NCBI GenBank assembly: GCA_018830295.1 | Contig: JAHJSM010000003.1 | Span: 2,512-66,511, forward strand | From: Patescibacteria group bacterium | GTDB taxonomy: Bacteria > Patescibacteriota > Minisyncoccia > Portnoybacterales > UBA2143 | Reading direction: 5' to 3' | DNA: 64,000 bases | Shown here: positions 38,145 through 49,057 of the stretch, piece by piece | Numbering within the stretch: position 1 is the stretch's first letter | Layout: each line of letters opens with the position of its first letter | Position numbers and translations under genes: made by a program | Notes under the pieces: model-generated | What the model saw: the letters and a program-made list of their open reading frames with translations, nothing else | What the model was told of the DNA's origin: nothing | Databases searched by the model: none

Positions 38145-39155
38145 TTAACTCGCGTTTTTCATTATCTCTTTCACAATCTCCGCCACAAGGCGGGGATTTT
38201 CTTTTAGGTATTTTTTTGACGCTTCTACGCCCTGCCCCAATTTCGTTTCTCCGTAAGAAAACCAAGCGCCTGCTCTTTTAATCACGCCGAACTTAACGCC
38301 CGTATTAACAATGTCCCCGAGACGGGAAATTCCTTCATTGTAAAAAATATCAAACTCCGCCTGCCTAAAAGGAGGAGCAACTTTGTTTTTAACTACTTTA
38401 ACTTTCGTCCTATTGCCGATAATTTGCTCGCCCTGCTGAATTTTCGCCGAGCGACGAAGTTCTAAGCGAACCGAGGAATAAAACTTCAATGCCTTTCCGC
38501 CGGGCGTTTCTTCGGGGTTTCCGAAAACAATCCCTATTTTCATTCTAATTTGATTAATAAAAATAACAGTCGTTCCGCTTTTATGAACAATAGCGGTCAA
38601 TTTTCTTAACGCCTGCGACATAAGCCGCGCCTGTAAACCCATGTGCGACTGCCCCATTTCACCTTCAATTTCAGCTCTGGGCGTCAAAGCGGCAACCGAG
38701 TCAATTACAACTAAATCAACCGCCCCCGACCTGACTAAACTCTCCAAAATCTCCAATGCTTGCTCGCCTGTATCTGGCTGGGAAATAAACAAATCATTAA
38801 CTTTTACGCCAATTTTTTTGGCGTATTCCGGATCCAGAGCGTGTTCCGCGTCTATAAAGGCCGCCAAACCGCCTTTTTTTTGCGCCTCGGCAACAATATG
38901 AAGCGCCAGGGTGCTTTTGCCGCTTGACTCCATCCCAAAAATTTCAATAATTCTCCCGCGCGGCATTCCGCCAACCCCCAAAGCCAAATCCAGAGCGATT
39001 GAGCCCGTCGGGATAGCGTCAACATCAACATGCTTCGCGTCGCCCAATTTCATAATCGCGCCATCGCCAAAACGCCCCCTGATTTCATCAACCGTCGCGT
39101 CCAATATCTTTATTTTCTCCTCCCTCACCTCCACCGCTGTTTTTTGTTTAGACAT
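38145..39155 (-). CDS. recA: recombinase RecA
   Basis: [19 protein letters not shown], the L1 and L2 loops, 336 aa. Confidence 0.95.
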   Translation of the reverse strand: MSKQKTAVEVREEKIKILDATVDEIRGRFGDGAIMKLGDAKHVDVDAIPTGSIALDLALGVGGMPRGRIIEIFGMESSGKSTLALHIVAEAQKKGGLAAFIDAEHALDPEYAKKIGVKVNDLFISQPDTGEQALEILESLVRSGAVDLVVIDSVAALTPRAEIEGEMGQSHMGLQARLMSQALRKLTAIVHKSGTTVIFINQIRMKIGIVFGNPEETPGGKALKFYSSVRLELRRSAKIQQGEQIIGNRTKVKVVKNKVAPPFRQAEFDIFYNEGISRLGDIVNTGVKFGVIKRAGAWFSYGETKLGQGVEASKKYLKENPRLVAEIVKEIMKNAS

Positions 39156-39259
39156 AAAAATTTTTAATTTCCAATTTTTAAAACTCTCAAATTTTTCTTA
39201 ATCTTGTTCTTGTTTTTCTTATTTTTCTTATTTGGAAATTGATAATTGAGAATTGAAAA

Positions 39260-41401
39260 TTATATCTCTTCTTCTCCCTTATCCTCAAAAACATCTCTCG
39301 CCTTCGCTCCATCGGATGGGCCGACTACGCCTCTATCTTCTAAAATATCAATCAGACGAGCGGCGCGGGCGTATCCAACCCTTAAACGCCTTTGGAGTAA
39401 GGACGCAGACGCTTTTCCGGCGCGGATAACTTCCGCTTTCGCTTCTTCGTAAAGCTCGTCGTCCGCTTCCGAACCGTCGGCGCTAAACGAAGTTCTTCTT
39501 GACTCTGTTCCGGAAGAATCCAACTCATCCTTATACTCCGGCTCGCAACCCTTTCTTAAATAATCCGTCACTTTTTTAATCTCTTTTTCTGAAACATATC
39601 CGCCCTGAACCCGAATCGGCTTAGCAGAATTTCCTGCCAAGAAAAGCATATCGCCGTTGCCTAATAATTTTTCTGCCCCGCCCATATCCAAAATCGTCCG
39701 CGAATCAATCTGTGAAGCAACTTGAAAAGCCATTCTTGAAGTAATATTCGCTTTAATTAAACCCGTAATTACTTCAACCGAAGGCCTTTGGGTCGCGACA
39801 ATCAGGTGAATCCCGACCGCGCGCGCCATTTGAGCGATTCTCACAATCGCTCCTTCTGCCTCGCGTCCATAAGACGACATTAGGTCCGCCAACTCGTCAA
39901 TCACAATCACGATATATGGTAACCGCTCTCCGTCTATATCCTTATTATAACTTCCAATATCCCGTTTCCCTGCCCCTTGAAGAACGCCAAACCGTCTTTC
40001 CATTTCCCCAACCGCCCACCGTAAAGCGCCGACTGCCTTGTCTGGCTTAACAATTACCGGCGTTAATAAATGAGGAATGTTGCTATACGCCGTTAACTCA
40101 ACCCTTTTCGGGTCAATTAAAATAAGTTTCAAATTTTCAGGCAAAGCGCGATAAAGTAAACTCAAAATAACATTATTCAAAGCAATCGTTTTGCCCGTTC
40201 CTGTCGCGCCGGAAACCAAGAGATGAGGCATTTGCGACAAATCAGCAAAGACCGGCTTGCCCGCCACATCGCGTCCTAAAGCGAGAACCAATCCCGCAGT
40301 GGATTCTTGAAAAGCGGGCCTCTCCAAAAGCGTTCTTAATCGCACCAAAACCATTGATTTATTGGGAATTTCTATCCCAACCAAAGACCTTTTGGGAATG
40401 GGCGCCTCTATTCTTAAGGGATGCGCCGCCAAAGCCAAAGCCAAATCATTTTGCAAAGAAGTAATTTTAGCAAGTTTAACTCCTTGGGCTGGCCTCAAAG
40501 TATATTGTGTCACCGTCGGTCCAACATTTACTTCCGCCATTTCCACTTCAATCCCAAAATTCTCCAGCGTTCTTTTTATAATATTAATATTCGCTTTAAT
40601 ATCGCCGCTCGTCGGCTGGCCGACATCTTTTTCCAAAAACTCAAGAGGAGGCAATTGAAAACCGCTAAATTGCTTGTTCAAACCGTCCGAAATTGAAACC
40701 ATAGGAATAACAGTCGCTTTTGCTTTCGCCTTTACATCGGGAGCCGCCTCTTTTCCTACAATATGGTCACCTCCAATTTCTGGCTTATTGTCTGGCAAAT
40801 CAGATTTTCTTTTAAGCCGTTGCCAAACGCTGTTTTTTACCTCAACAGCTAAAGATTCCTCTTTCTCGTCCTCCGAAGATTTGGCGGAGGAGGATTTAAC
40901 CGCCCGCGCCGGTATTAGAGAAATATTAAAAGTAATTAAAATAGAAATCGCCAAAACAGCGAACAGGACAACCAGTCCCGCCCAAAATCCCAGAAATTTA
41001 GAAGAGGGATAACCCAAAACCAATCCCAAATATCCGCCTTCAGCGGTCAAAATATGAAAAAGACCTAAAACACTGAAAATAAAAAGGGCCATTCCCGATA
41101 GAATCGTCCGATAAACAGGGTTGCTTCGCCCGCCAAAACCAAAACCAGGAAGCAAAACCGCCAGCCCAGCGAGAACAAAACTAATAGAAACCAAGAAAAA
41201 TCCCTTGCCAAAAAGCATTACGCTCAATTTGAAAAAATATTCGCCAAATGTCCCGGCCACGCCCAAAAAACTTAACAAACTAACAGCGGCAAAAGTGAAA
41301 AAAATAATCACCAAAACCCCCTTCTTGGTTTCAGGGTGGAGGAAAGAAATCTTCTTTTTAACGCCACCCTTTTTAAGTTTTTTTTTGGTCTTTTTGGGCA
41401 T
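39260..41401 (-). CDS. ftsK: DNA translocase FtsK
   Basis: N-terminal TMs are followed by the FtsK/SpoIIIE motor (VSGATGTGKT) and a C-terminal gamma domain (LLQRRLRVGYARAARLID). Confidence 0.9.
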   Translation of the reverse strand: MPKKTKKKLKKGGVKKKISFLHPETKKGVLVIIFFTFAAVSLLSFLGVAGTFGEYFFKLSVMLFGKGFFLVSISFVLAGLAVLLPGFGFGGRSNPVYRTILSGMALFIFSVLGLFHILTAEGGYLGLVLGYPSSKFLGFWAGLVVLFAVLAISILITFNISLIPARAVKSSSAKSSEDEKEESLAVEVKNSVWQRLKRKSDLPDNKPEIGGDHIVGKEAAPDVKAKAKATVIPMVSISDGLNKQFSGFQLPPLEFLEKDVGQPTSGDIKANINIIKRTLENFGIEVEMAEVNVGPTVTQYTLRPAQGVKLAKITSLQNDLALALAAHPLRIEAPIPKRSLVGIEIPNKSMVLVRLRTLLERPAFQESTAGLVLALGRDVAGKPVFADLSQMPHLLVSGATGTGKTIALNNVILSLLYRALPENLKLILIDPKRVELTAYSNIPHLLTPVIVKPDKAVGALRWAVGEMERRFGVLQGAGKRDIGSYNKDIDGERLPYIVIVIDELADLMSSYGREAEGAIVRIAQMARAVGIHLIVATQRPSVEVITGLIKANITSRMAFQVASQIDSRTILDMGGAEKLLGNGDMLFLAGNSAKPIRVQGGYVSEKEIKKVTDYLRKGCEPEYKDELDSSGTESRRTSFSADGSEADDELYEEAKAEVIRAGKASASLLQRRLRVGYARAARLIDILEDRGVVGPSDGAKARDVFEDKGEEEI

Positions 41402-41417
41402 AATTCTAAGATTCTAA

Positions 41418-41448
41418 GGGGGCTGCCCCCGCAACGGGGGCAGCCCCC
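41418..41448. repeat. GC hairpin element between rpoC stop and ftsK start
   Basis: gggggctgcccccgcaacgggggcagccccc. Confidence 0.85.
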
Positions 41449-41459
41449 GTCTTTCTTTG

Positions 41460-44400
41460 CTATTTCCCGTATCCTGTTCCTGCTGGTATTAGTTTACCAA
41501 TAATTACATTTTCCTTCAACCCCTTTAATTTATCCTCTTTTCCTTGGATGCTGGCGTTAATCAAAACCTGCGTCGTTTGAATAAACGAAGCTGCCGAAAG
41601 AAAACTTTCCGTCGTCAAAGAAACCTTGGTAATACCAAGCAAAATCTGCTCGCCAGACGCAAGTTCTCCGCCTTTTGCCGCGGCCTCATTATTCTCCGCC
41701 GTAAAACGACTTTGTTCAACAATCTCATCCCCTAAAAGAGTCGTTGAGCCGGGGTTTTTGACTTTGACGCGAGAAAACATCTGGCGAATAATCATCTCTA
41801 TGTGCTTATCGTTGATATTTGCTCCGACAAACGCGTAAATTTGTTGAACCTCTTTCAGAATATATCTCTGAACCGCTTCCCTTCCCGCCACTTTATACAA
41901 ATCAGCCAAGTCAACATGCCCCTCTCCTAATTGCTGTCCTTTTCCAACCAAGTCGCCTTTTTCAATTTGCATCGCGATATGCGACGGAAGAGTATATTCC
42001 AAAACCGCTTTTTTATTCTTGTCTTTCTTTTGTTTCCCGTCATCCAAAACCTCTATCTGAACAATTCTCTGTGTTCCATTTTCAATAATATTTTTCACCT
42101 TGCCGTCCACTTCTGAAATGACGGTCTTGCCTTTGGGAACGCGCGCTTCAAAAATTTCCTCAATCCGAGGAAGACCCTGCGTAATATCCTGCCCGCCCGC
42201 GACACCGCCCGTGTGGAAGGTCCGCAAAGTCAACTGGGTCGCCGGCTCGCCAATCGCCTGCGCCGTCACAATTCCAACCGCCTCGCCTAATTCAATTAAC
42301 GCGTTTCTACCCAAATCATATCCATAACAACTTTGACAAACTCCATCCAACGACTTGCAAGCGATGACAGACCTAACTCTGACGCTTTTAACGCCCGCTT
42401 CATCTATAATCTGAGCGGCTTTTTGACTAATGATCTCGCCTGCTTTCGCCAACAATTTTTTCTTGCCGCCTTTGCCCGCCTCCGCGTAAATATTATCTAA
42501 CGCGATTCTCCCGACAATCCGATAAGCGAACGAAACTCCCAAATCTTCTTCGTCCTCGCGATAAATTTTAATCCCGGTCGTATCTCCGCAATCCTTTTCG
42601 CGAATGACCACATCCTGACAGACATCAACCAAGCGACGCGTCAAATACCCTGCTTGCGCCGTGTTCAGAGCCGTGTCAGCCAATCCCTTTCTGCCTCCAT
42701 GAGTGGAAATGAAATATTCCAAAACGCTCAAGCCCTCTTTATACGAATTTTTAATCGGCAGTTCAATAATTTCATTAGACGGGTTGACAACCAACCCTTT
42801 CATTCCCATCATTTGAGATAACTGTTTTAAAGACCCGCGCGCGCCCGAATCAAAAATACTGAAAACTGGGCCGTTTGGGTCAAGGACCTCCATTGTTTTT
42901 TTGGATATTTTATCGCTCACGCCCAGCCAAATCTCAATTACGCGCGCTCTTCTTTCGTCATCCGTCAACAACCCGTCGTCATATTGCCCCTGAACTTTAA
43001 CCGACTCGCGCGAGGCCTTTTCTAATTCTTCTTTTTTCTCTTTAGGAACTTGTAAATCATCCATGCCCCAACTAATGCCAGAAACCGAAGCGTATTTAAA
43101 GCCCATTCTCTTAAGTTTGTCTAAGATAACCGCTGTTTTTTTAATACCAAATTTATCAACTATTTCCGAGACCAATTTGCGGATTTCTTTTTTATTCATC
43201 GTCTTGTTGACAAACTCCATTCCTTCTGGCAAGGGCTCGTTAAAAATTACTCGCCCAATAGATGTTTCCACTAATTCTCCGTTCTCTAAGCGAACTTTGA
43301 CCCTCGCTTTCAAATGGACATCGCCAAAATGCTTCGCTAAAAGCGCCTCCGAAATGCCCGAAAAAATCTTCCCTTCGCCAACTAGCCCCTCCTCAATTTT
43401 TGTCATCCAGTAGCAACCCAAAACCATATCCAAAGAAGGCACCGCGACCGGTTCGCCCGTAGATGGCTTTAAAATATTGACCGAAGAAAGCATAATCTCC
43501 TTCGCCTCTTTTTGCGCCGCCTTGCCTAAAGGTAAATGAACTGCCATTTGGTCGCCGTCAAAGTCGGCGTTAAAAGCGCTACAAACAAGAGGATGAACCT
43601 GAATTGCTTTTCCTTCAATTAAAATCGGCTGGAAGGCCTGTATTCCCAAACGATGCAAAGTCGGCGCTCTGTTCAAAAGCACATATCTATTCTTGGTCAC
43701 TTCTTCTAAAATATCCCAAACCTCGTCAATTTCTTCCTCAATCAGCCGTCCTGCGCCTCTCACATTATGCGCCAACTCTCTCTCAACTAATTTGTTAATT
43801 ACAAACGGCTTGAAAAGTTCCAAGGCCATATATTTAGGCAATCCGCACTGGTTCAATTTTAAATCAGGACCAACAACAATAACTGAACGGCCTGAATAGT
43901 CAACTCTTTTTCCTAAAAGGTTTTGTCTAAATCTGCCCTGTTTGCCTTTAAGCATATCCGCCAACGATTTCAAAACGCGTTTTTGCCCGGTAGACGCGGC
44001 AACCGTCACTTGTCCGCGACGGCTCGTGTTGTCAATCAAAGCGTCAACCGCTTCCTGCAACATTCTTTTCTCGTTGCGGCAAATAACCTCCGGCGCTTTC
44101 AACTCCAAAAGCCGCTTTAAGCGGTTATTTCTATTAATCACTCGGCGATACAAATCATTGACATCAGAAGTCGCGTAACGGCTTCCATCCAATTGAACCA
44201 TCGGACGCAAATCAGGCGGCAAGACCGGCAAGACCGTCCAGAACATCCATTCCGGGCGAATTTTAGCGCGAATCATTCCCTCAATCAGTCGCAACCGCTT
44301 GAGCATTTTTGCCTTAATCGCCACGCTCGCCGTTTTCGCCTGGTCATCCAGTTTTTTAGCAAGCGCTTCTAAATTAATTCCCTCAAAAATTGTCCTTAAT

Positions 44401-45050
44401 GTTTCCGAACCCGTCCCCGCTTCAAAAACCTGCCCATATTTCATACTCAAAGCGCGATAATCAATTTCCGAAAGAATTTGATGTTTATATAGCCCCCTCA
44501 CTTCCCGAATCGCTGCGTCCTGCTGCTCTTTAAGGTTTTGTTTCTCACCCGCTTTAGGACCAATCTCTTTTAACTTCGTCTTATACTCCTTTTTAATTTC
44601 GCTCATCACCTCTCCTCTTTCTTCTTCGTTGATTTTAGTAATAATATACCCGGCGAAATAAATCACTTTTTCCAATTCCTGCGCCGAACGATCCAAAACC
44701 AAGCCCATTTTAGAAGGCAGACCCTTCAAAAACCAGATATGCGAAACAGGCACCGCTAAATTAATATGCCCCATTCTTTCGCGGCGAACATTTGAGCGCG
44801 TCACTTCAACTCCACATTTATCGCAAACAATTCCTTTGTAGCGAACGCGGCGATATTTGCCGCAATAACACTCCCAGTCCTTTTCTGGTCCAAAAATTTT
44901 CTCGCAAAACAAACCGTCTTTTTCGGCTCTCTGCGTCCTGTAATTAATCGTCTCCGGCTTAGTCACTTCCCCCCGCGACCACCCCAAAATTTCCTCTGGG
45001 GAGGCCAACTTCAACCGAATAGATTTGAAATCGCTAACTAATGTGCTCAT
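41460..45050 (-). CDS. rpoC: DNA-directed RNA polymerase subunit beta'
   Basis: LASPEEILGWS, a zinc finger CxxC...CxxC, NADFDGDQM and the trigger loop. The start is taken at MSTLVSDF. Confidence 0.95.
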   Translation of the reverse strand: MSTLVSDFKSIRLKLASPEEILGWSRGEVTKPETINYRTQRAEKDGLFCEKIFGPEKDWECYCGKYRRVRYKGIVCDKCGVEVTRSNVRRERMGHINLAVPVSHIWFLKGLPSKMGLVLDRSAQELEKVIYFAGYIITKINEEERGEVMSEIKKEYKTKLKEIGPKAGEKQNLKEQQDAAIREVRGLYKHQILSEIDYRALSMKYGQVFEAGTGSETLRTIFEGINLEALAKKLDDQAKTASVAIKAKMLKRLRLIEGMIRAKIRPEWMFWTVLPVLPPDLRPMVQLDGSRYATSDVNDLYRRVINRNNRLKRLLELKAPEVICRNEKRMLQEAVDALIDNTSRRGQVTVAASTGQKRVLKSLADMLKGKQGRFRQNLLGKRVDYSGRSVIVVGPDLKLNQCGLPKYMALELFKPFVINKLVERELAHNVRGAGRLIEEEIDEVWDILEEVTKNRYVLLNRAPTLHRLGIQAFQPILIEGKAIQVHPLVCSAFNADFDGDQMAVHLPLGKAAQKEAKEIMLSSVNILKPSTGEPVAVPSLDMVLGCYWMTKIEEGLVGEGKIFSGISEALLAKHFGDVHLKARVKVRLENGELVETSIGRVIFNEPLPEGMEFVNKTMNKKEIRKLVSEIVDKFGIKKTAVILDKLKRMGFKYASVSGISWGMDDLQVPKEKKEELEKASRESVKVQGQYDDGLLTDDERRARVIEIWLGVSDKISKKTMEVLDPNGPVFSIFDSGARGSLKQLSQMMGMKGLVVNPSNEIIELPIKNSYKEGLSVLEYFISTHGGRKGLADTALNTAQAGYLTRRLVDVCQDVVIREKDCGDTTGIKIYREDEEDLGVSFAYRIVGRIALDNIYAEAGKGGKKKLLAKAGEIISQKAAQIIDEAGVKSVRVRSVIACKSLDGVCQSCYGYDLGRNALIELGEAVGIVTAQAIGEPATQLTLRTFHTGGVAGGQDITQGLPRIEEIFEARVPKGKTVISEVDGKVKNIIENGTQRIVQIEVLDDGKQKKDKNKKAVLEYTLPSHIAMQIEKGDLVGKGQQLGEGHVDLADLYKVAGREAVQRYILKEVQQIYAFVGANINDKHIEMIIRQMFSRVKVKNPGSTTLLGDEIVEQSRFTAENNEAAAKGGELASGEQILLGITKVSLTTESFLSAASFIQTTQVLINASIQGKEDKLKGLKENVIIGKLIPAGTGYGK

Positions 45051-45060
45051 AAGATTTATA

Positions 45061-45089
45061 ATTATCAATTTTCAATTATCAATTTTCAA
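45061..45089 (-). promoter_or_regulatory. candidate sigma70-like promoter for rpoC (TTGAAA-N17-GATAAT) within TTGAAAATTG repeat block
   Basis: The minus strand reads TTGAAAATTGATAATTGAAAATTGATAAT ending 10 nt before the rpoC ATG. Similar blocks lie upstream of recA (about 39225-39255) and of the gene at 45112-45474 (about 45490-45535). Confidence 0.3.
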
Positions 45090-45111
45090 AAAATTTCCAA
45101 TGCTTTAATTT

Positions 45112-45474
45112 TCAATTATCGGCTTTTTGGTTTTGTTTCATTGTTGAAGATATTTTATTAAATATCAAAGCAAATTCGTGAGCTTCCAACCATAATTTTC
45201 TAAGTTTATCTTTTTCTTCTGGATTTGATTGCGCCATTATTTCTATCCAATATTTGGTTTCTTGAATTTCTTTTCTGCAAATAAATATTTTGTTCTTAAA
45301 ATCTTTATTAGAACTGGCATTATTTGCTTCGCAATAATTAGCCCCAATACTTGTCGCTGATCTAATAAGTTGCGATATTAAATTTCTGTTTATTTCATCT
45401 TTTCTTATTTCTCTTAGCAGTATTATAATATTCTTGCTAAAATTCTTTGTTCTGTCTTCTAAATCATACTTCAT
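45112..45474 (-). CDS. four-helix-bundle protein (23S rRNA intervening-sequence protein family)
   Basis: SQLIRSATSIGANYCEA...KDFKNKIFICRKEIQETKYWIEI matches the family consensus (SQLrRAavSIpsNIAEG...ELETQL). Its position between rpoB and rpoC is unusual. Confidence 0.75.
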   Translation of the reverse strand: MKYDLEDRTKNFSKNIIILLREIRKDEINRNLISQLIRSATSIGANYCEANNASSNKDFKNKIFICRKEIQETKYWIEIMAQSNPEEKDKLRKLWLEAHEFALIFNKISSTMKQNQKADN

Positions 45475-45537
45475 GTTTTGAAAATTCAGTCATTGAAAAT
45501 TGTTTGAAAATTGAGAATTGAAAATTGAAAATTTTGA

Positions 45538-48500
45538 CTACTTCCCTGTCAGTTCCATCCCCAGTCCCAGCGCCTTTAACTCGCTTAACAAAACATTAAA
45601 GGAAGCCGGAATGTTCGGCGCTTGGATTTCTCTTCCGCGAATAATCGCGTCGTAAACATTCGTCCGCCCGCTCACATCGTCCGATTTAATCGTTAAAATT
45701 TCCTGCAAAGTGTGCGCCGCGCCGTATCCTTCCAACGCCCAAACCTCCATTTCCCCAAATCTCTGCCCGCCAAATTGCGCTTTTCCGCCCAAGGGCTGTT
45801 GAGTAATCAAGGAATAAGGCCCAACTGAACGCATGTGCATCTTGTCTTCAACCAAATGCAATAATTTCAAAATATATGTATATCCGACCGTAATCGGCTG
45901 TTCAAACGGCTCGCCATTTCGCCCATCGTATAAAATAACTTTTCCGCTTTCGGGCAAGCCAGCTTTCTTTAATTCGCTTTTAATTTCGCTTTCCTTAAAT
46001 CCAGCCAAAGCCGGAGTAATCGCTTGATACCCCAATTCCTTCGCCGCCCAACCAAGATGTGTTTCCAAAATTTGACCGATGTTCATCCGCGAAGCAACGC
46101 CCAAAGGATTAAGAATAATTTCCACCGGCGTTCCGTCCGCCAAATGAGGCATATCTTCTTCTGGAAGAATTTTAGAAATGACGCCCTTGTTTCCGTGCCG
46201 GCCAGCAAGTTTGTCGCCCACCGAAATTTTGCGCAATTGCGCCACTTCCACTTGGATGCTCCGAATTACTCCGCTCTGCAATTTGTCGCCATTATCGCGC
46301 GAGAAAATTTTAATTCCGACGACCCGGCCTCTTTTTCCATGCGGCATTCGCAAAGAAGTGTCTTTAACATCGCGCGCTTTCTCTCCAAAAATCGCCTGCA
46401 ATAATCTTTCTTCCGCCGTCAAATCGGTTTCTCCTTTGGGAGAAATTTTGCCAACTAAAATATCATTAGGTCCGACTTCCGCTCCAACGCGGACAATCCC
46501 CTCTTCGTCTAAATCCTTGAGTCGGTCTTCGCCCACATTAGGAATATCAGGCGTGGTCGTTTCTGGCCCTAATTTTGTTTCCCGGACGAAGCAGGTAAAA
46601 CTTTCAATATGAATTGAGGTAAATCGGTCGTCTTTGACTAATTTCTCAGAAAGAATAATCGCGTCTTCAAAATTGTACCCTCGCCATGACATAAAAGCGA
46701 CCAAAAGATTTTGCCCCAGAGCCAGCCGTCCCTGGTCGGTGGAGGCGCCATCCGCTAAAATATCATCTTTCTTAACCCTCTGTCCTTTTTGAACAAGTGG
46801 ATGCTGACAAACGCAAGTATATTGGTTTGTTCGCGTAAAAGAACGCAAATAATATGTTTTTAATTTTCCTTTTTTGGGTCTAACCGCGATATGCTCCGCG
46901 TCAACCTCTTCAATCGTTCCGTCCTCCTCGGCAATAATCAAACTACCCGAATCCCTCGCCGCTCGGTCTTCCATGCCCGTCCCAACCAAAGGCGCCTGCG
47001 GTTTAACGCAAGAAACCGCCTGTCTCTGCATATTTGAGCCCATCAAAGCGCGGTTGCTATCGTCGTGTTCCAAAAACGGAATCAAAGAAGTAGCAACACT
47101 AATTGGCTGCTGCCGCGAAACATCAATAAAATCAACCTTGGAGCGGTCAATGACGCTCGGCTGTCCCTTAACCCGCGCTTCCACGATTTTGTCAGCCAGC
47201 CGCCCGTCCGCCCCAATAGCAACCCCCTTATGCGCGATATTGTATTTCTCCTCTTCGGCGGCATTAAGACAAACAACCTCTTTTGTCGGTTTCCCTTTAA
47301 CTACTCTGCGATAAGGCGTTTCAAGAAAACCATATTCATTCAAACGCGCTGTCACAGTTAAATGCCCAATCAAACCAATGTTCGGACCTTCCGAAGTATG
47401 AATTGGACAAATTCTTCCGTAGTGACTTGAGTGCACATCTCTCACTTCAAACCCCGCTCTTTCCCTCGTCAAACCACCCGGACCCATCGCCGATAACCGT
47501 CGTTTATGCTCCAGTTCTGCCAAAGGATTGTGCTGGTCCATAAATTGCGACAATTGCGAAGAGGAAAAAAATTCTTTCACTGAAGCAATAAAAGGCCGAA
47601 CATTAATCAACTGCCCCGGCATCATTTCATAAGGGTCAAGCGTGGACATTCGGTCGCGGATAATTCTTTCTGTCCGCGCCATTCCGACTCGCAATTTATT
47701 CTGCAATAATTCCCCCATGGACTTGACGCGGCGATTGCCCAAATGGTCAATATCGTCCGGCGTCGCGCCTGGCGTATTATTTAAAACAATAATTTCCCGA
47801 ATAATATTCTTAATATCCTCCAAACAAAGCACCCTCTTTTTTTGGGGACAGTCCCCCGTCTTCGGGGGCTGCCCCCAATTCCCCACCCTCTGCCCTAACT
47901 TCCATCTTCCCACTTCTCCCAAATCGTATCTTTCAAAAGAAAGCATCGCTTCAATAAATCCACGCGCGTTATCTTCCGTTGCTAAATCGCCCGGACGAAT
48001 TCTTTTGTAAACCGAAACAAACGACTCGCCCGCCGTTTTAGCTGAGTCCTTTTCAATTGTCGCTTCAATGTAATCCGTTTCGCCATTGTTAATATCGGAG
48101 AAAAATCCCTTGATCTCATCGTTAGATAAATTGTCATTTCCTTCAAGCGCGGCAAAAACCCGCATTAAAGCGGTCACTGAAACTTTTCTCTTTCTATCAA
48201 TTTTTACGGCAATCGCGCCGTCCGAATCCGTTTCAAATTCCAACCAAGCGCCGCGGCTTGGAATAACTTTTGCTCCAAATCTTTGCTGGCCTCTTAAAAA
48301 TTGAGAAACAAAAAACGCCCCAGAAGATCTAATTAGTTGCGAAATCACGACCCTCTCCACGGCGTTCACGATAAATGTCCCGCGGTCAGTCATCACGGGA
48401 AAATCGCCAAAGAAAATTTCTTGCTCTTTGACTTCTTTTGTTTTTCTGTTAATCAACTTGACTCGACAATACAAAGACGCCTCGTAAGAAACATTGCGAG

Positions 48501-48798
48501 TTCTGGCTTCTCTTTCGTCATATTTCGGCTCATCCAGACGATAGTCGCCAAAAGAAAGTTCAAGTTCTTTGCCTCCCCAATCCTTAATCGGGGAAAACTC
48601 ATCTAAAAGTTCGCGCAGGCCTTTTTCCCAAAACCACCGATACGAATTTTTTTGTATCTCTACGAGGTTGGGCAATTCATACTCATTCCGCTGGGAAGCG
48701 GAAGCCGCGCTAAATCGCTTAGGGAGACAGCCAACACTTTGACCGTCCCAACATTGAGAATGGACTTTTTTAGACATAAAATAAAAAATCTTACGCAA
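45538..48798 (-). CDS. rpoB: DNA-directed RNA polymerase subunit beta, with in-frame hairpin-element insertion
   Basis: Conserved blocks include [19 protein letters not shown] and the rifampicin region [14 protein letters not shown] 33-nt hairpin element at about 47844-47876 is translated as [11 protein letters not shown]. Confidence 0.95.
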   Translation of the reverse strand: MRKIFYFMSKKVHSQCWDGQSVGCLPKRFSAASASQRNEYELPNLVEIQKNSYRWFWEKGLRELLDEFSPIKDWGGKELELSFGDYRLDEPKYDEREARTRNVSYEASLYCRVKLINRKTKEVKEQEIFFGDFPVMTDRGTFIVNAVERVVISQLIRSSGAFFVSQFLRGQQRFGAKVIPSRGAWLEFETDSDGAIAVKIDRKRKVSVTALMRVFAALEGNDNLSNDEIKGFFSDINNGETDYIEATIEKDSAKTAGESFVSVYKRIRPGDLATEDNARGFIEAMLSFERYDLGEVGRWKLGQRVGNWGQPPKTGDCPQKKRVLCLEDIKNIIREIIVLNNTPGATPDDIDHLGNRRVKSMGELLQNKLRVGMARTERIIRDRMSTLDPYEMMPGQLINVRPFIASVKEFFSSSQLSQFMDQHNPLAELEHKRRLSAMGPGGLTRERAGFEVRDVHSSHYGRICPIHTSEGPNIGLIGHLTVTARLNEYGFLETPYRRVVKGKPTKEVVCLNAAEEEKYNIAHKGVAIGADGRLADKIVEARVKGQPSVIDRSKVDFIDVSRQQPISVATSLIPFLEHDDSNRALMGSNMQRQAVSCVKPQAPLVGTGMEDRAARDSGSLIIAEEDGTIEEVDAEHIAVRPKKGKLKTYYLRSFTRTNQYTCVCQHPLVQKGQRVKKDDILADGASTDQGRLALGQNLLVAFMSWRGYNFEDAIILSEKLVKDDRFTSIHIESFTCFVRETKLGPETTTPDIPNVGEDRLKDLDEEGIVRVGAEVGPNDILVGKISPKGETDLTAEERLLQAIFGEKARDVKDTSLRMPHGKRGRVVGIKIFSRDNGDKLQSGVIRSIQVEVAQLRKISVGDKLAGRHGNKGVISKILPEEDMPHLADGTPVEIILNPLGVASRMNIGQILETHLGWAAKELGYQAITPALAGFKESEIKSELKKAGLPESGKVILYDGRNGEPFEQPITVGYTYILKLLHLVEDKMHMRSVGPYSLITQQPLGGKAQFGGQRFGEMEVWALEGYGAAHTLQEILTIKSDDVSGRTNVYDAIIRGREIQAPNIPASFNVLLSELKALGLGMELTGK
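47844..47876. repeat. GC hairpin element inside rpoB (in frame)
   Basis: ggggacagtcccccgtcttcgggggctgccccc is a chimeric unit with one arm of each type. Confidence 0.85.
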
Positions 48799-48973
48799 AA
48801 CAAAACCCTTCCTTCACGCTTCAGAAAGGTCGTTTAAAAAAATATTCAAAATTATTCCCGACAATCCCGCCAAAAAGACATAAAAAGTAGGCGGCTAAAT
48901 TAAATAAACCTAAACTACCCTCCAAGTATACATAACCAAAAAAATAAGTCAAGCCCTTCACCGGGGACCCGAC

Positions 48974-49049
48974 GGGAGCAGCCCCCGCAACGAGGGCTGC
49001 CCCCTTTCCCTCTCTCGGGGACAGTCCCCCGTCTTCGGGGGCTGCCCCC
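48974..49049. repeat. cluster of ~3 GC hairpin units upstream of rpoB
   Basis: gggagcagcccccgcaacgagggctgccccc ... ggggacagtcccccgtcttcgggggctgccccc. Confidence 0.8.
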
Positions 49050-49057
49050 ATCTTAGT

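Noticed and set aside
41544-48606. Numerous 60-150-aa ORFs on the strand opposite rpoB and rpoC
   Set aside because: They are shadow ORFs inside unambiguous, conserved genes, with no recognisable products.
48821-49051. Small ORFs made largely of translated hairpin repeats (for example 48821-49051, 56090-56383, 53557-53772, 51481-51780, 20010-20285)
   Set aside because: They are artefacts of the stop-free repeat consensus and overlap real genes or repeat arrays. They give proteins rich in Gly, Ala, Pro and Arg with no start context.
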